IMG/VR virus record: IMGVR_UViG_2881085443_000001
Length of the DNA: 64,000 nucleotides
From: an uncultured virus (IMG/VR IMGVR_UViG_2881085443_000001)
Lineage: Duplodnaviria; Heunggongvirae; Uroviricota; Caudoviricetes; Crassvirales
Strand: one strand, 5' to 3'
The notes under the pieces were generated by a model. That model had not been told where the DNA came from and searched no databases. It worked only from the letters and a program-made list of their open reading frames with translations. The position numbers and the translations under genes were made by a program. Positions 56,201-64,000 of the stretch are shown here, one piece after another. Position 1 is the first letter of the stretch, and each line of letters begins with the position of its first letter.

Positions 56201-57140
56201 CTTGTATCCCTTGCTCTCCTTGTAACCCTTGCCCACCATCAGTTCCATTAAAACCTTGAATACCTTGCGCTCCGGTTTCTCCCTGATTACCGGTTTCCCC
56301 TTGAAGTCCTGTTTCTCCCTGGATTCCTTGCTCGCCTTGGATTCCTTGAATACCTTGAAGTCCGGTATCTCCTTTTGATCCTTTGGCGCCCTGATCTCCC
56401 TGGATTCCCTGAATACCTTGCAATCCCTGAATACCTCTCGGACCAGATATACCTTGTAATCCTTGATCTCCTTTTACTCCCGGTATGCCCTGAATTCCCT
56501 GTAAACCTTGAATTCCAGTATCGCCTTTTATTCCTTTCAGTCCCTGATCTCCTTTTATTCCCTGAATACCTTGCGGTCCGGTTTCTCCTTGGATTCCTTG
56601 CGCTCCGTCCTCGCCTACAACTCCGTCTTTTTTAATGTCAAAACGAAAACTGTAAATGGTATTGTCCACTAATTCCCCAGAGAAAAAGTCTTGAAAAACT
56701 TCTATGTTAAAAACATAAAAATCGGTTTCGTTGGTAATGGATACTATTCTGAAGCTAAAAAAGTTATTTGCGTTGGCCGGATTTTCAATTTTGATCACTA
56801 TATGATCGATTTCCGCTAGTCTATTGAACAGCATATTCAAATCCTTTGGCAGCAACGACTGTTTGTTTAATATCAGTTTCGTAAAATTTGCAGGATTTGT
56901 TTCGTTGGTATCAGTAAAGAAATAGCCTCTACTGTAATAATCAATTTGCGGATTAGAGCCGTCTGAAAATATAAATTGTAAATTATTGATTCCGTTGACT
57001 TCATTTATAAGTCCAATAATGGAATTCAATCGATAACTTTTATTTTTTTTTTGGTTATCAAATTCAGTCCCGAACAAGTAATCCTTTAAGCTAGGATACT
57101 CGTCGTAATTGTAAATGTCAGTGTCATTTGCTTTTGGCAT
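53283..57140 (-). CDS. tail fibre with collagen-like repeat and C-terminal beta-propeller repeats
   Basis: About 50 Gly-X-Y triplets (56180-56620) and ~40-aa repeats containing GDIYxQTGGxGNFVALGQ (53580-54300). Confidence 0.8.
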   Translation of the reverse strand: MPKANDTDIYNYDEYPSLKDYLFGTEFDNQKKNKSYRLNSIIGLINEVNGINNLQFIFSDGSNPQIDYYSRGYFFTDTNETNPANFTKLILNKQSLLPKDLNMLFNRLAEIDHIVIKIENPANANNFFSFRIVSITNETDFYVFNIEVFQDFFSGELVDNTIYSFRFDIKKDGVVGEDGAQGIQGETGPQGIQGIKGDQGLKGIKGDTGIQGLQGIQGIPGVKGDQGLQGISGPRGIQGLQGIQGIQGDQGAKGSKGDTGLQGIQGIQGEQGIQGETGLQGETGNQGETGAQGIQGFNGTDGGQGLQGEQGIQGIQGVPGADGESVDLALITEIQTDIEVLQGLQNLRTNFTGKAYAIWSGVGLVYDVFYPDYYIDYILYPGNQEQITLDDSDLVNPRIDAIAVDATGAIKITGDATADPVAATVNTDTQILITTVYLNTGAVTPTNVSELAVYKENVEFTGVSNNGTVNFNAGAGSFQGAKHIDCGAFSNGQYLKFTDITTRQVADFALIKFYVNLKAAFASTAKFSIRFYNNNTLISSAVNVDSGKYNFVRTTINAYQTIVIPLSDFTFSGSAFNRIDIVLAGANASGFKMDNIVLSVGAGISSPEQIALKTIITDNGNVNATVKDDTFQFRGLGGLIVSAVGKMITFTQAVQDLANYYTKSEIDSKISSVYVWKGSVANFGALPPAETVGLEIGHVYNLNDTGANYGWTGTVWDKLGDTVDISGKEDTSNKSQDIETDKASITKYGSVKAIYDWCVGRFQPKFTQGAGITIDNTNPLAPVISSTATGGGDMVLADVQTVSGLKIFLHDKLGLRNAANTFTSFFRNANTAARYYTLQNRDGTLLDNTDLSTINTALATKQSVFTGTTNYITKSLNATNLIISRLFDDGVFFGIGTFYAPTKDFTLGNQANREIGVEQSPNINKGRDLVISAGRTINFQPNTNFNVLDETARVWHGMASANGNVYACVNSGDIYMQTGGIGTFVALGQAQRPWNGMCSLGSDVYACVGSQFGTVGDIYKQTGGVGNFVALGQTQRNYRGMTSANGNIYVSAVLGDIYMQTGGVGNFVGLGQSVLGWNAMTSLGSDVYAAVGNQNFGTLTGDIYKQTGGVGNFVALGQTLRGWGAMTTANGNVYACAGSQSNAGDIYIQIGGLGNFLALGQVARTWYAMTSLGTDVYAALKAGGIYKQSNDALGTYNLDGGTIVHKAGTGKGTGKSRWQVWTGQKTTSGTDMQIETLREYIDENGYHVYISIPSYANDAAADADIDLPSGAAYKLTGNRTIFHKP

Positions 57141-57251
57141 TACTGTTGAAATTTGATAATTAAAAACTATTAAAAAAACAAAGATAATAGTTTTTATTTA
57201 TTATAGTGCAATCTAATTATATTTGTAGTGTAATTTATTTATACTTAAAAG

Positions 57252-57827
57252 ATGAAGAAGAAACCGGTAAAAGAAATGGTATCTGAACAAGTGTACAAAA
57301 CACTAAAAGAAGGTAATGTAAAGCTAGTATATGACTATAATGCCGAAGCAAAAAAGAACAAATATTCAAAGCGGCTGCACTTAAAATTATTTGAAGGATA
57401 TGACTTGCTCGAAAATTTTATTGTCGCGCGGCCTTATATCCAGAAGAAATACAAAATAGATTTGGGATTGTTCGAGATTTTGTTGTTCCTGCATGGGAAG
57501 AAATTCTTTAACCAAAAAGATTATGCCGAAATGCCAAAACAATTCAAGTACCGTTCGATAAAAAACCTGCTCAATACGGGATATGTGGGGATTGTGCAAA
57601 ACGGCGAAAATCTGGCAAAACATGTGTACCGACTCAATACTCCAGGCACCATAATTATAAAAGAATTTTACGAAGTGTTGTCTGGCGAAAAGAAATTTCT
57701 GGAAGACTACAACAATCCATTGGCGCGTAAGAAAACCAGAACGGCATTTGACAAAAAGAAAATGGATCTGATTTTGAAAATCAATCAGGCTCCGGCACCT
57801 GAAAAGAAGAAGGCTTTATACCGGTAA
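57252..57827 (+). CDS. putative winged-helix regulator
   Basis: 191 aa, basic; FEILLFL...IKNLLNTGYV...YRLNTPG is MarR-like. Confidence 0.5.
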   Translation: MKKKPVKEMVSEQVYKTLKEGNVKLVYDYNAEAKKNKYSKRLHLKLFEGYDLLENFIVARPYIQKKYKIDLGLFEILLFLHGKKFFNQKDYAEMPKQFKYRSIKNLLNTGYVGIVQNGENLAKHVYRLNTPGTIIIKEFYEVLSGEKKFLEDYNNPLARKKTRTAFDKKKMDLILKINQAPAPEKKKALYR

Positions 57828-58301
57828 GTAGTTTTCGTCGTAGTTTATTAATGGGTTCTTTGTTGATTGCTTCGAGAATGTTACGCAATACTTTGGCGCG
57901 CTGCTCTTCGGAACCGCGAAAAAAGAAAACCGGACTGACCTGGTATAATCCTCTTCCTTTGGTTTTCGAAATTAAATGCGACTTCGCCAGATTAGCAAAA
58001 CAGCGGTGTATCGTAGTATCTGAATAAATATCCTGTCCTATTTTTGTAAGTAACGAATTGAATTTGTCACGCACCTGAGCGCTATTGGCGATAAAATTAT
58101 TGTCGTCCATTTCCTCCGTGATAAAATCCAGGAAGATCCGTTCTGATTTGGACAACTTCATTAATAGCAATAATGAATTGAAATAGCGTTTTGTAAAAGC
58201 AGATTCTACCGCCACGGACGCAAAACGAAGCAACTCCAATTGTTCATTGTAGCTTCGGGAAACGTCTTTGGCAAGATAAGATATTACTTTTTTTTTTTCA
58301 T
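57781..58301 (-). CDS. RepL-like winged-helix protein, start interrupted by an A11 tract
   Basis: TIHRCFANLAKSHLISK..GRGLYQVSPVFFFRG; nearest ATG (58301) is out of frame, alternative in-frame start at 58371. Confidence 0.6.
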
Positions 58302-58303
58302 TG

Positions 58304-58579
58304 TTATTTAAAATTCCATTTATCTGTTGGTTTATTAAAATGATGATATTTAAGTACTCTGATAATATCATTTAACCATTCACTATATTCTTCGTCTTCT
58401 TTTAAAAAAGTTGGAATTAAAGTTACTGAGTTTTTACTTGGAGTTTCTTTATTAAAAAAACTTAAACGCATTGATGAATTATGTTTTACTAATTCAAAAA
58501 CAATGTCTTCAGGTAGTTCTTTACCTAATTTGTTTTCTAAATCTTTTTTTACTTCACATAGAAAAATTTCTTTATTCAT
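58304..58579 (-). CDS. hypothetical protein
   Basis: 91-aa ORF. Confidence 0.55.
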   Translation of the reverse strand: MNKEIFLCEVKKDLENKLGKELPEDIVFELVKHNSSMRLSFFNKETPSKNSVTLIPTFLKEDEEYSEWLNDIIRVLKYHHFNKPTDKWNFK

Positions 58580-58589
58580 AATTACATAA

Positions 58590-58841
58590 TTAATTCCATT
58601 TGAAATTCATTTGATTTCTTATTTTTTGCTTTACCGATTCGTAGGATTCTTTTACTGTATAAGTTTCTCCATTAGAAAATACGTCACAATATCCTTTTTC
58701 GTCATGAGGTCGTATAGCGGCTATTAAATAAAATGTATGTATCCTAGTGGTACAATCTTTAATTGGCACTTCCATTCCTGCTTCCTGCTGCGGTATTAAT
58801 TCCTCTGGAAGCCAAAGAACTTCTAAATCTAATTCTATCAT
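58590..58841 (-). CDS. hypothetical protein
   Basis: 83-aa ORF. Confidence 0.6.
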   Translation of the reverse strand: MIELDLEVLWLPEELIPQQEAGMEVPIKDCTTRIHTFYLIAAIRPHDEKGYCDVFSNGETYTVKESYESVKQKIRNQMNFKWN

Positions 58842-59101
58842 AATATCAGTTCTAGTTCAGTTTTTTCTTTAAGAAAAATGCAGTTTTTACCTTCGTATTC
58901 TATTGTAATTCCGCAATGATCATAGTAGCGAACGGTATCGCCAACTTGTACAGATTGCACATCTGGACCTACCATGATTACTTTCCCTTCCAGCGGTTTC
59001 TTGATCGCTTCGCCCGGCAAAAATATTCCGGAAGCAGTTTGTGTGACAGCTTCCGAAATTTCTACCAAAACTTTGCTGCGGATTAATTGTTTTATTTTCA
59101 T
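58838..59101 (-). CDS. groES: co-chaperonin GroES (cpn10)
   Basis: TQTASGIFLP...EGKVIMVGPDVQSVQVGDTV. Confidence 0.9.
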   Translation of the reverse strand: MKIKQLIRSKVLVEISEAVTQTASGIFLPGEAIKKPLEGKVIMVGPDVQSVQVGDTVRYYDHCGITIEYEGKNCIFLKEKTELELIL

Positions 59102-59104
59102 TGC

Positions 59105-59824
59105 TTACATTATTACTTCCCTAGTTTGATTTTTATGATTATACACTTTCTCAATGTTATACATATACAATTTGACGCTAGCTTGACGATCCATCAACAT
59201 GGGTGCCTGGGAAATTTTACTTTTTAATTTTTCAAAACTGCAAAGTCCTTTCTTTTGCAGTTCCTGGACCGCGCCAATAAGGTTTCTATCTTTAGAAAAA
59301 CGATACTGTCCAAATAATTCATCTGATAATGTTAGTAAAGCGTCCGTCTCTTCAAAATACTTACATTCGAATCCACCACTTTGAAACGTTTCAGTTGATT
59401 TTACCTTTGGATTATTATACATTAATAAATCAATTGATAATTTAATTGCGATTTTATGCTTATTCATTATCTCAATGATTTTCTCGTAATCCGTAATGCC
59501 TAATTTTATATAGCAATTTAAGAAGTCATTCGGTTTCCATTTTTCGCCACGGCTATTCAATTGAGCGATTTGTTTTAGCGTTAACGTATTGCAAACAACA
59601 AAATATACTGGGTTTCCTGTTTGTTTACTTATTTCATATCGGTGCTGGCCGTCTATGATACAATACAATCCGTCCTTTTCTGAAACAATTATTGGACAAA
59701 AAGGAAGCATATTAAATCCTTGGGTAACATCGTTTATGATTTTTTCAATCTTAGATTTACTCAACAATCTATTCCCTGTTATATTTTCAAATAATTCGTA
59801 ATTTGTTGTTTGCTGGATTTCCAT
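59105..59824 (-). CDS. ParB N-terminal domain protein
   Basis: GNR...PIIV...IIDGQHR. Confidence 0.8.
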   Translation of the reverse strand: MEIQQTTNYELFENITGNRLLSKSKIEKIINDVTQGFNMLPFCPIIVSEKDGLYCIIDGQHRYEISKQTGNPVYFVVCNTLTLKQIAQLNSRGEKWKPNDFLNCYIKLGITDYEKIIEIMNKHKIAIKLSIDLLMYNNPKVKSTETFQSGGFECKYFEETDALLTLSDELFGQYRFSKDRNLIGAVQELQKKGLCSFEKLKSKISQAPMLMDRQASVKLYMYNIEKVYNHKNQTREVIM

Positions 59825-59827
59825 TTT

Positions 59828-60043
59828 TTAACTTTTATTATTAACTGAATTTACAATTGTGGCAAACACTCCTTTTTTCCAGAACGTAATAGCACCGCCT
59901 ACAGAAGTCCAGATCCTAGCTTCTTTATCATATTCAAAAGAAGTGATTCCGGTAACGTCGATATTCATTTTGTTTGTGATACATTCTACGGTTTTAGCTG
60001 TAGCAAAATGTTGTCTTACTGCTTTTCGCGTTGGTCTTTTCAT
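59828..60043 (-). CDS. hypothetical protein
   Basis: 71-aa ORF. Confidence 0.55.
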   Translation of the reverse strand: MKRPTRKAVRQHFATAKTVECITNKMNIDVTGITSFEYDKEARIWTSVGGAITFWKKGVFATIVNSVNNKS

Positions 60044-60177
60044 AGGATTATATAGTTTCTGTTTTTAATACCGTACCAAATCACATAAGATCCATCGGCT
60101 TTATCAATCCTTGGCTTCAACCACGTTTCTACTAAAAAAGCTATTACGATAATAGCGACTAACAATATTTTCATAGT

Positions 60178-60630
60178 TTATAGAATTAACAGAAAAGCGT
60201 CGCGCTGTTCCTGATTGGATTTTTTAGGGAAACCGGGAGCGATCATTTCAATTTCCTTGTGGGTAATTTTGCCGTTTGCTCCTTTCCAGTGTTTTTTTAG
60301 TGGCTTAACCTGAACAAAAGGAATGTCTTTATGAATACACATTTCTACAATCTTTCGGCCTACTTCGTGATTGGCTCCGGTTTTAGAGCCAATTCTGGAA
60401 GCAACACCAGTTCCCATATTATTGCTATGCCAATTGGTTTTTTTGATCAACCAGGAAGCCTCTATTCGAACTTCCTTTATGAATTCCTTATGGAGTTCTA
60501 AGTAGTCGAATAGTTCAAAAAAAGTTAATGTTTTCAATTCGAAAGTTTTCGTTTTCTTATCGATGCAGGCGACTCCTGATTTACTAACATCAGGATCAAT
60601 TCCTATCACTAAATTTTGTAGGCTGTTCAT
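60178..60630 (-). CDS. RuvC-like Holliday junction resolvase
   Basis: VIGIDPD...VRIE...NQEQRDA. Confidence 0.75.
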   Translation of the reverse strand: MNSLQNLVIGIDPDVSKSGVACIDKKTKTFELKTLTFFELFDYLELHKEFIKEVRIEASWLIKKTNWHSNNMGTGVASRIGSKTGANHEVGRKIVEMCIHKDIPFVQVKPLKKHWKGANGKITHKEIEMIAPGFPKKSNQEQRDAFLLIL

Positions 60631-60795
60631 GGGTTATTTTACTGTTGTGGTTTCTTTATAAATTGAAATCCCTAGAAATCGTATTGTAATTTCTTTTTTT
60701 GAGAAGTTCGTACAGCCTGTACCATCGTTATAATCTGGTGTTAAAACTACTGTCTTAGTAATCATTGCTAATTTTTTCATAATGAGTTATTTTTT

Positions 60796-61464
60796 TTAGT
60801 TTCCTTCTTCGTTTCTGATATTCACATCATCGAGCATAATTTGTCTGCCAATGTATTTTGTAGGATCCGCATTATACTCGTCATAAATGGAGTTGAGGTA
60901 GAAAAATTCGTGCGGTAATGATTTAGCCATTCTGGAAACAAAACCGTCAATTGCATTGAATATATTAGTCAACATTTGTGGATCAGCACCATAAACCTGA
61001 CTCAAATGTTTATTGGCTTTACGCTCTAAACCTTTGTTCGCTTTTTTAAGCAGGTTGTTTAAGTACGGATCATGCTCTACCGTTTCAATAAGATTGTCAT
61101 TAGCTTCTACAGCAAGTTGGTTGTAGATAAGTGATTTTAAGACGTTGTTTTTATACGCCATCACTTCTTCTGTATATACTTTTTCTTTCCAGGAATCGTC
61201 GCCAGCAGCATAGAATTTCCAGGTCCCGTTAGCTACTTCAAAAGAAAGCATAGCAGCCGGACAAGTGGTTAATTGGTTTCCTTCAATCAATGAAAGATAC
61301 ACGGAGGTTAAATCTTTTTTGGCTATTTTGTAATAGTTGCCGTTTGGGTGGCCTACTACTCCCTGGTACATTTCTTCAATAGTGTACACTGGTTTTTCTG
61401 GAACAAAAGAAAGTACGTCTTTAGTACTTAAATCTTTTGTGCTTGCGCTTGTGTTGTTCTTCAT
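60796..61464 (-). CDS. hypothetical protein
   Basis: 222-aa ORF. Confidence 0.65.
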   Translation of the reverse strand: MKNNTSASTKDLSTKDVLSFVPEKPVYTIEEMYQGVVGHPNGNYYKIAKKDLTSVYLSLIEGNQLTTCPAAMLSFEVANGTWKFYAAGDDSWKEKVYTEEVMAYKNNVLKSLIYNQLAVEANDNLIETVEHDPYLNNLLKKANKGLERKANKHLSQVYGADPQMLTNIFNAIDGFVSRMAKSLPHEFFYLNSIYDEYNADPTKYIGRQIMLDDVNIRNEEGN

Positions 61465-61669
61465 TTACTCGTTTTTTTGGTTTAACTGTTTTACTTTCCC
61501 TTGTATTCCTTTTACTTTTACCGATGTGAAACCGGCCACATATTTTACATTTGTAAATTTCAGAAGCTCCATCTGAATGCTCATTCTGTAAAAAATAGTT
61601 TGCTGATAACTTTGTTTTGTGCTGCGTCTTTCCGGCGCAACCTTTCATAAAGCTATTAGTACATGCCAT
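61421..61669 (-). CDS. small basic zinc-finger protein
   Basis: CAGK...YKCKICGRFHIG. Confidence 0.6.
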   Translation of the reverse strand: MACTNSFMKGCAGKTQHKTKLSANYFLQNEHSDGASEIYKCKICGRFHIGKSKRNTRESKTVKPKKRVNEEQHKRKHKRFKY

Positions 61670-61674
61670 TGTTC

Positions 61675-61977
61675 TTAATTTTGATTCTTATTTAAATCGT
61701 GCCATAAAGCCTCTACAGTGATTATTAATTCCTCTCCGATCTTACCAAAGTTCATTTCAAAACAATAGTGTTCTATCATACAGAAACCGTCTTGTTTAGG
61801 AAAATGAGTTTGTAGAAAACTAATAATAGCTTTTATCAGAATGCTATTATCATAAGGGTTCATTCCATCGGAATTAAATATTTCAGCTAAAGTGACAGCG
61901 TTATTCCTGTCTTTAAGTATTTGTAACCTAATAGCCTCTATTAATAGAATAAAACTATCTATTGTAATTCCTACCAT
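61675..61977 (-). CDS. hypothetical protein, first gene of the leftward operon
   Basis: 100 aa; CAAATATA promoter element at 62003. Confidence 0.65.
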   Translation of the reverse strand: MVGITIDSFILLIEAIRLQILKDRNNAVTLAEIFNSDGMNPYDNSILIKAIISFLQTHFPKQDGFCMIEHYCFEMNFGKIGEELIITVEALWHDLNKNQN

Positions 61978-62047
61978 TTGTTTTTTTCGTTTTAAGCTTT
62001 TACAAATATAATTATTTTATACTAATAGTGTAATAATTTGTTACCAA

Positions 62048-62088
62048 ATTACCAACCAGTGGTAATATAGTTACCACCCAGTGGTAAT
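62048..62088. repeat. tandem 19-bp palindromic boxes
   Basis: ATTACCAACCAGTGGTAAT (62048) and GTTACCACCCAGTGGTAAT (62070). Confidence 0.8.
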
Positions 62089-63239
62089 ATCAAATGACAA
62101 ATTAAATTATAACTTATTGAATAATAATAATATACATGTCAAAACAACCAAATAAACTCCATAGTAATTACTTTGAGTAACTTAGTATTATTGTAATAAA
62201 CAAATAAATAATCAATTTTAACATTTATTAATTAATAGTTTATTGTTAATGTGTTGATTGTTAGTATATTATAAATATTAATATTTTAGTATTATTCTTA
62301 TATTTTATATATGATTGATTTGTAGGGAGGGTATAGGGGTACGGAGGCGTTGCGAAAAAAAAGGAAACCGGATTTATTTCGGGTATGGGGTGCGTTTTTT
62401 CCCCGGATCGCTACAATTTTTCGACTTTTTTATTCCTGCTGTTACGACTGGTTTTTTGCGTACTACTACATACTTAATCCTAGTTAGGTCACATTAATAC
62501 TTCGTTAACACCTATCAATTAAGGAACTAGCAATATTATACTGTAATTATCCCGACAATCGACACGACAACTACAAAAATCTATGTAATTAATCAATAAA
62601 TTATAATCTCAACCCTCTGAGCTTTCGATATTTCAAAATTAATTGGCATTGGTACGGTATAATTAAACCATAACATCAGTAAAAGCGCTGATTCTACTGA
62701 CTTACAAGCGAATCCAGTACCATTACAATATCACCCTATAAAACAAAATAGCATCTAAATAATAAATTCAACAATTAAATCAATTAAGCAATCAAAAAAG
62801 CAATCAAATAAACAGTATTAAAACAATCTAATTAAATATGATATAAGTATAAATTAATAGATCACATTAATATCTAATGAAGGAATAAATATAAAACTTA
62901 ACACCTGGTAAAACATTATATAAGTATAACATATTGATATTAATATAAAGGAATAAGCGACGATAAAATAATCTAGTAATATAATACGATAGCAGCAAAA
63001 ACAAGGCTTTAAAACCAACTATAAATAAAAGCAATAGTTTTTCTTATTAGTATAAATATTTCGTATCAAATTAATAGTATCAATTTGTTATACTAATGAT
63101 ATAAAGTCCTATATTTGTAGGGTACTAAAGAAGTACAAAAAAGCTCATTGAAATATCGAATAAAAAATAACGGTTTACAATATGATTGTACTAGGTCGAG
63201 CGAAACGGCAGCCGCTAACTAATTATAAAAACTAATCCA

Positions 63240-63458
63240 ATGAAAAAGTTAACAACACATTACATAATATTAATACTTATAGCTTCTTACTTCATGTTTA
63301 ACGGTTGTATTAATAGAACGCCAGCGAACGACTGGAAAGCATACGCCAACGATTTACAAAGCGAAGGTTGGAGTATTGAAGCAGCGGAACACATTGCAAA
63401 GGTAGAGTTTAAGATCCTGCCAATTGACGAAGAATACACCGCATATATTGAAGACTAA
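63240..63458 (+). CDS. small membrane or lipoprotein
   Basis: Hydrophobic N-terminus ending FNGC; promoter element TATATTTG at 63110. Confidence 0.55.
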   Translation: MKKLTTHYIILILIASYFMFNGCINRTPANDWKAYANDLQSEGWSIEAAEHIAKVEFKILPIDEEYTAYIED

Positions 63459-63505
63459 AAACAATAACAAAACAAATATTTAAAAATCATAAAAAAAACA
63501 AAGCC

Positions 63506-63634
63506 ATGAACACAAGCAACACTCCGCCAGTAGAAGACAAAACAAAAGAAATTTTAGGAAAAGTAATTTTTTGGACAGTAGTAACAATTATAATAGTATT
63601 TATTTATTCAAGTACTCCGCTACGTTACAGATAA
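63506..63634 (+). CDS. small single-TM protein (42 aa)
   Basis: ATG 63506 to TAA 63632-63634; VIFWTVVTIIIVFIY. Confidence 0.45.
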   Translation: MNTSNTPPVEDKTKEILGKVIFWTVVTIIIVFIYSSTPLRYR

Positions 63635-63685
63635 AATCATAAAACCAACAAATAAAACATTTAAAAACTTATAAAAATTTATATC

Positions 63686-64000
63686 ATGGAAAACACTGCA
63701 AAATTATTCGTAACAGATTACGCTAGTTATAACGAAGGAAAACAATTTGAGTTTGGTTATTGGGTTGAGTTAAACGATTTTAACGATGCTGAAGAATTCA
63801 ATACATACATAACAACACATTTTAATAATGTTGTAGGATTACAAGACTTTGAGCCAATGTACACCGATTTCGAGGGGTTTCCTGATTCATTATATAGTGA
63901 GTCTATGAGTGAATCAGAACTTGAAAAAATATTTAAATATATAGAACTGGATTACGAAAATAAAGACGACAGCGAAAAAGTTTCTTTATGGAATGAGTAT
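63686..64000 (+). CDS. ardA: ArdA-like antirestriction protein (5' part, runs off the window)
   Basis: Translated by hand: MENTAKLFVTDYASYNEGKQFEFGYWVELNDFNDAEEF...EPMYTDFEGFPDSLYSES; very acidic. Confidence 0.75.
   Translation, partial: MENTAKLFVTDYASYNEGKQFEFGYWVELNDFNDAEEFNTYITTHFNNVVGLQDFEPMYTDFEGFPDSLYSESMSESELEKIFKYIELDYENKDDSEKVSLWNEY

Noticed and set aside
14561..57140. Stop-codon recoding
   Set aside because: Long genes are intact under the standard code and coding density is high.
838..61576. Numerous 60-170 aa ORFs antisense to long genes (for example 40308-40829, 6659-7147, 48154-48549)
   Set aside because: They are shadows of real genes on the opposite strand, with no start context or recognisable motifs.
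62315..62497. 60-aa ORF over the G-rich patch
   Set aside because: Weak start codon and atypical composition; better explained as a cis-acting DNA site.

Overview
The whole window is AT-rich phage DNA, most likely a temperate podovirus or prophage of a Flavobacterium-like Bacteroidetes host (Bacteroidetes TAnnTTTG promoters, DUF3127 SSB, host-like nucleoid protein). No host housekeeping operon and no integrase are visible. Order: CI-like repressor (1-435, minus); rightward early/replication operon with recombination genes, HNH, initiator, ThyA, MazG, ACP and HU (0.6-14.5 kb); leftward virion module with a 2840-aa ejection-type protein, tail/ring proteins, capsid, scaffold, portal, terminase, lysis genes and a collagen tail fibre (14.6-57 kb); leftward GroES/ParB/RuvC genes; a 1.2-kb non-coding region; and an ArdA-like gene running off the end. 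Two plus-strand islands interrupt the virion module. (1) 25.0-26.3 kb is a pure RNA operon with four malformed tRNA-like RNAs, repeated hairpins and a compact, circularly permuted (two-piece) tmRNA encoding the tag GKLISLNNAPLRAVA. (2) 33.7-40.2 kb holds an integron-like array of nine gene cassettes separated by attC-like hairpins and ending in an attI-like site, with genes antisense to the usual integron polarity. It is preceded by a 79-aa protein built from EF-Tu G1/G2 motifs. A 19-bp palindromic box, often in 22-bp-phased pairs, marks most promoter regions. Product calls come from motif recognition by eye, not database searches.
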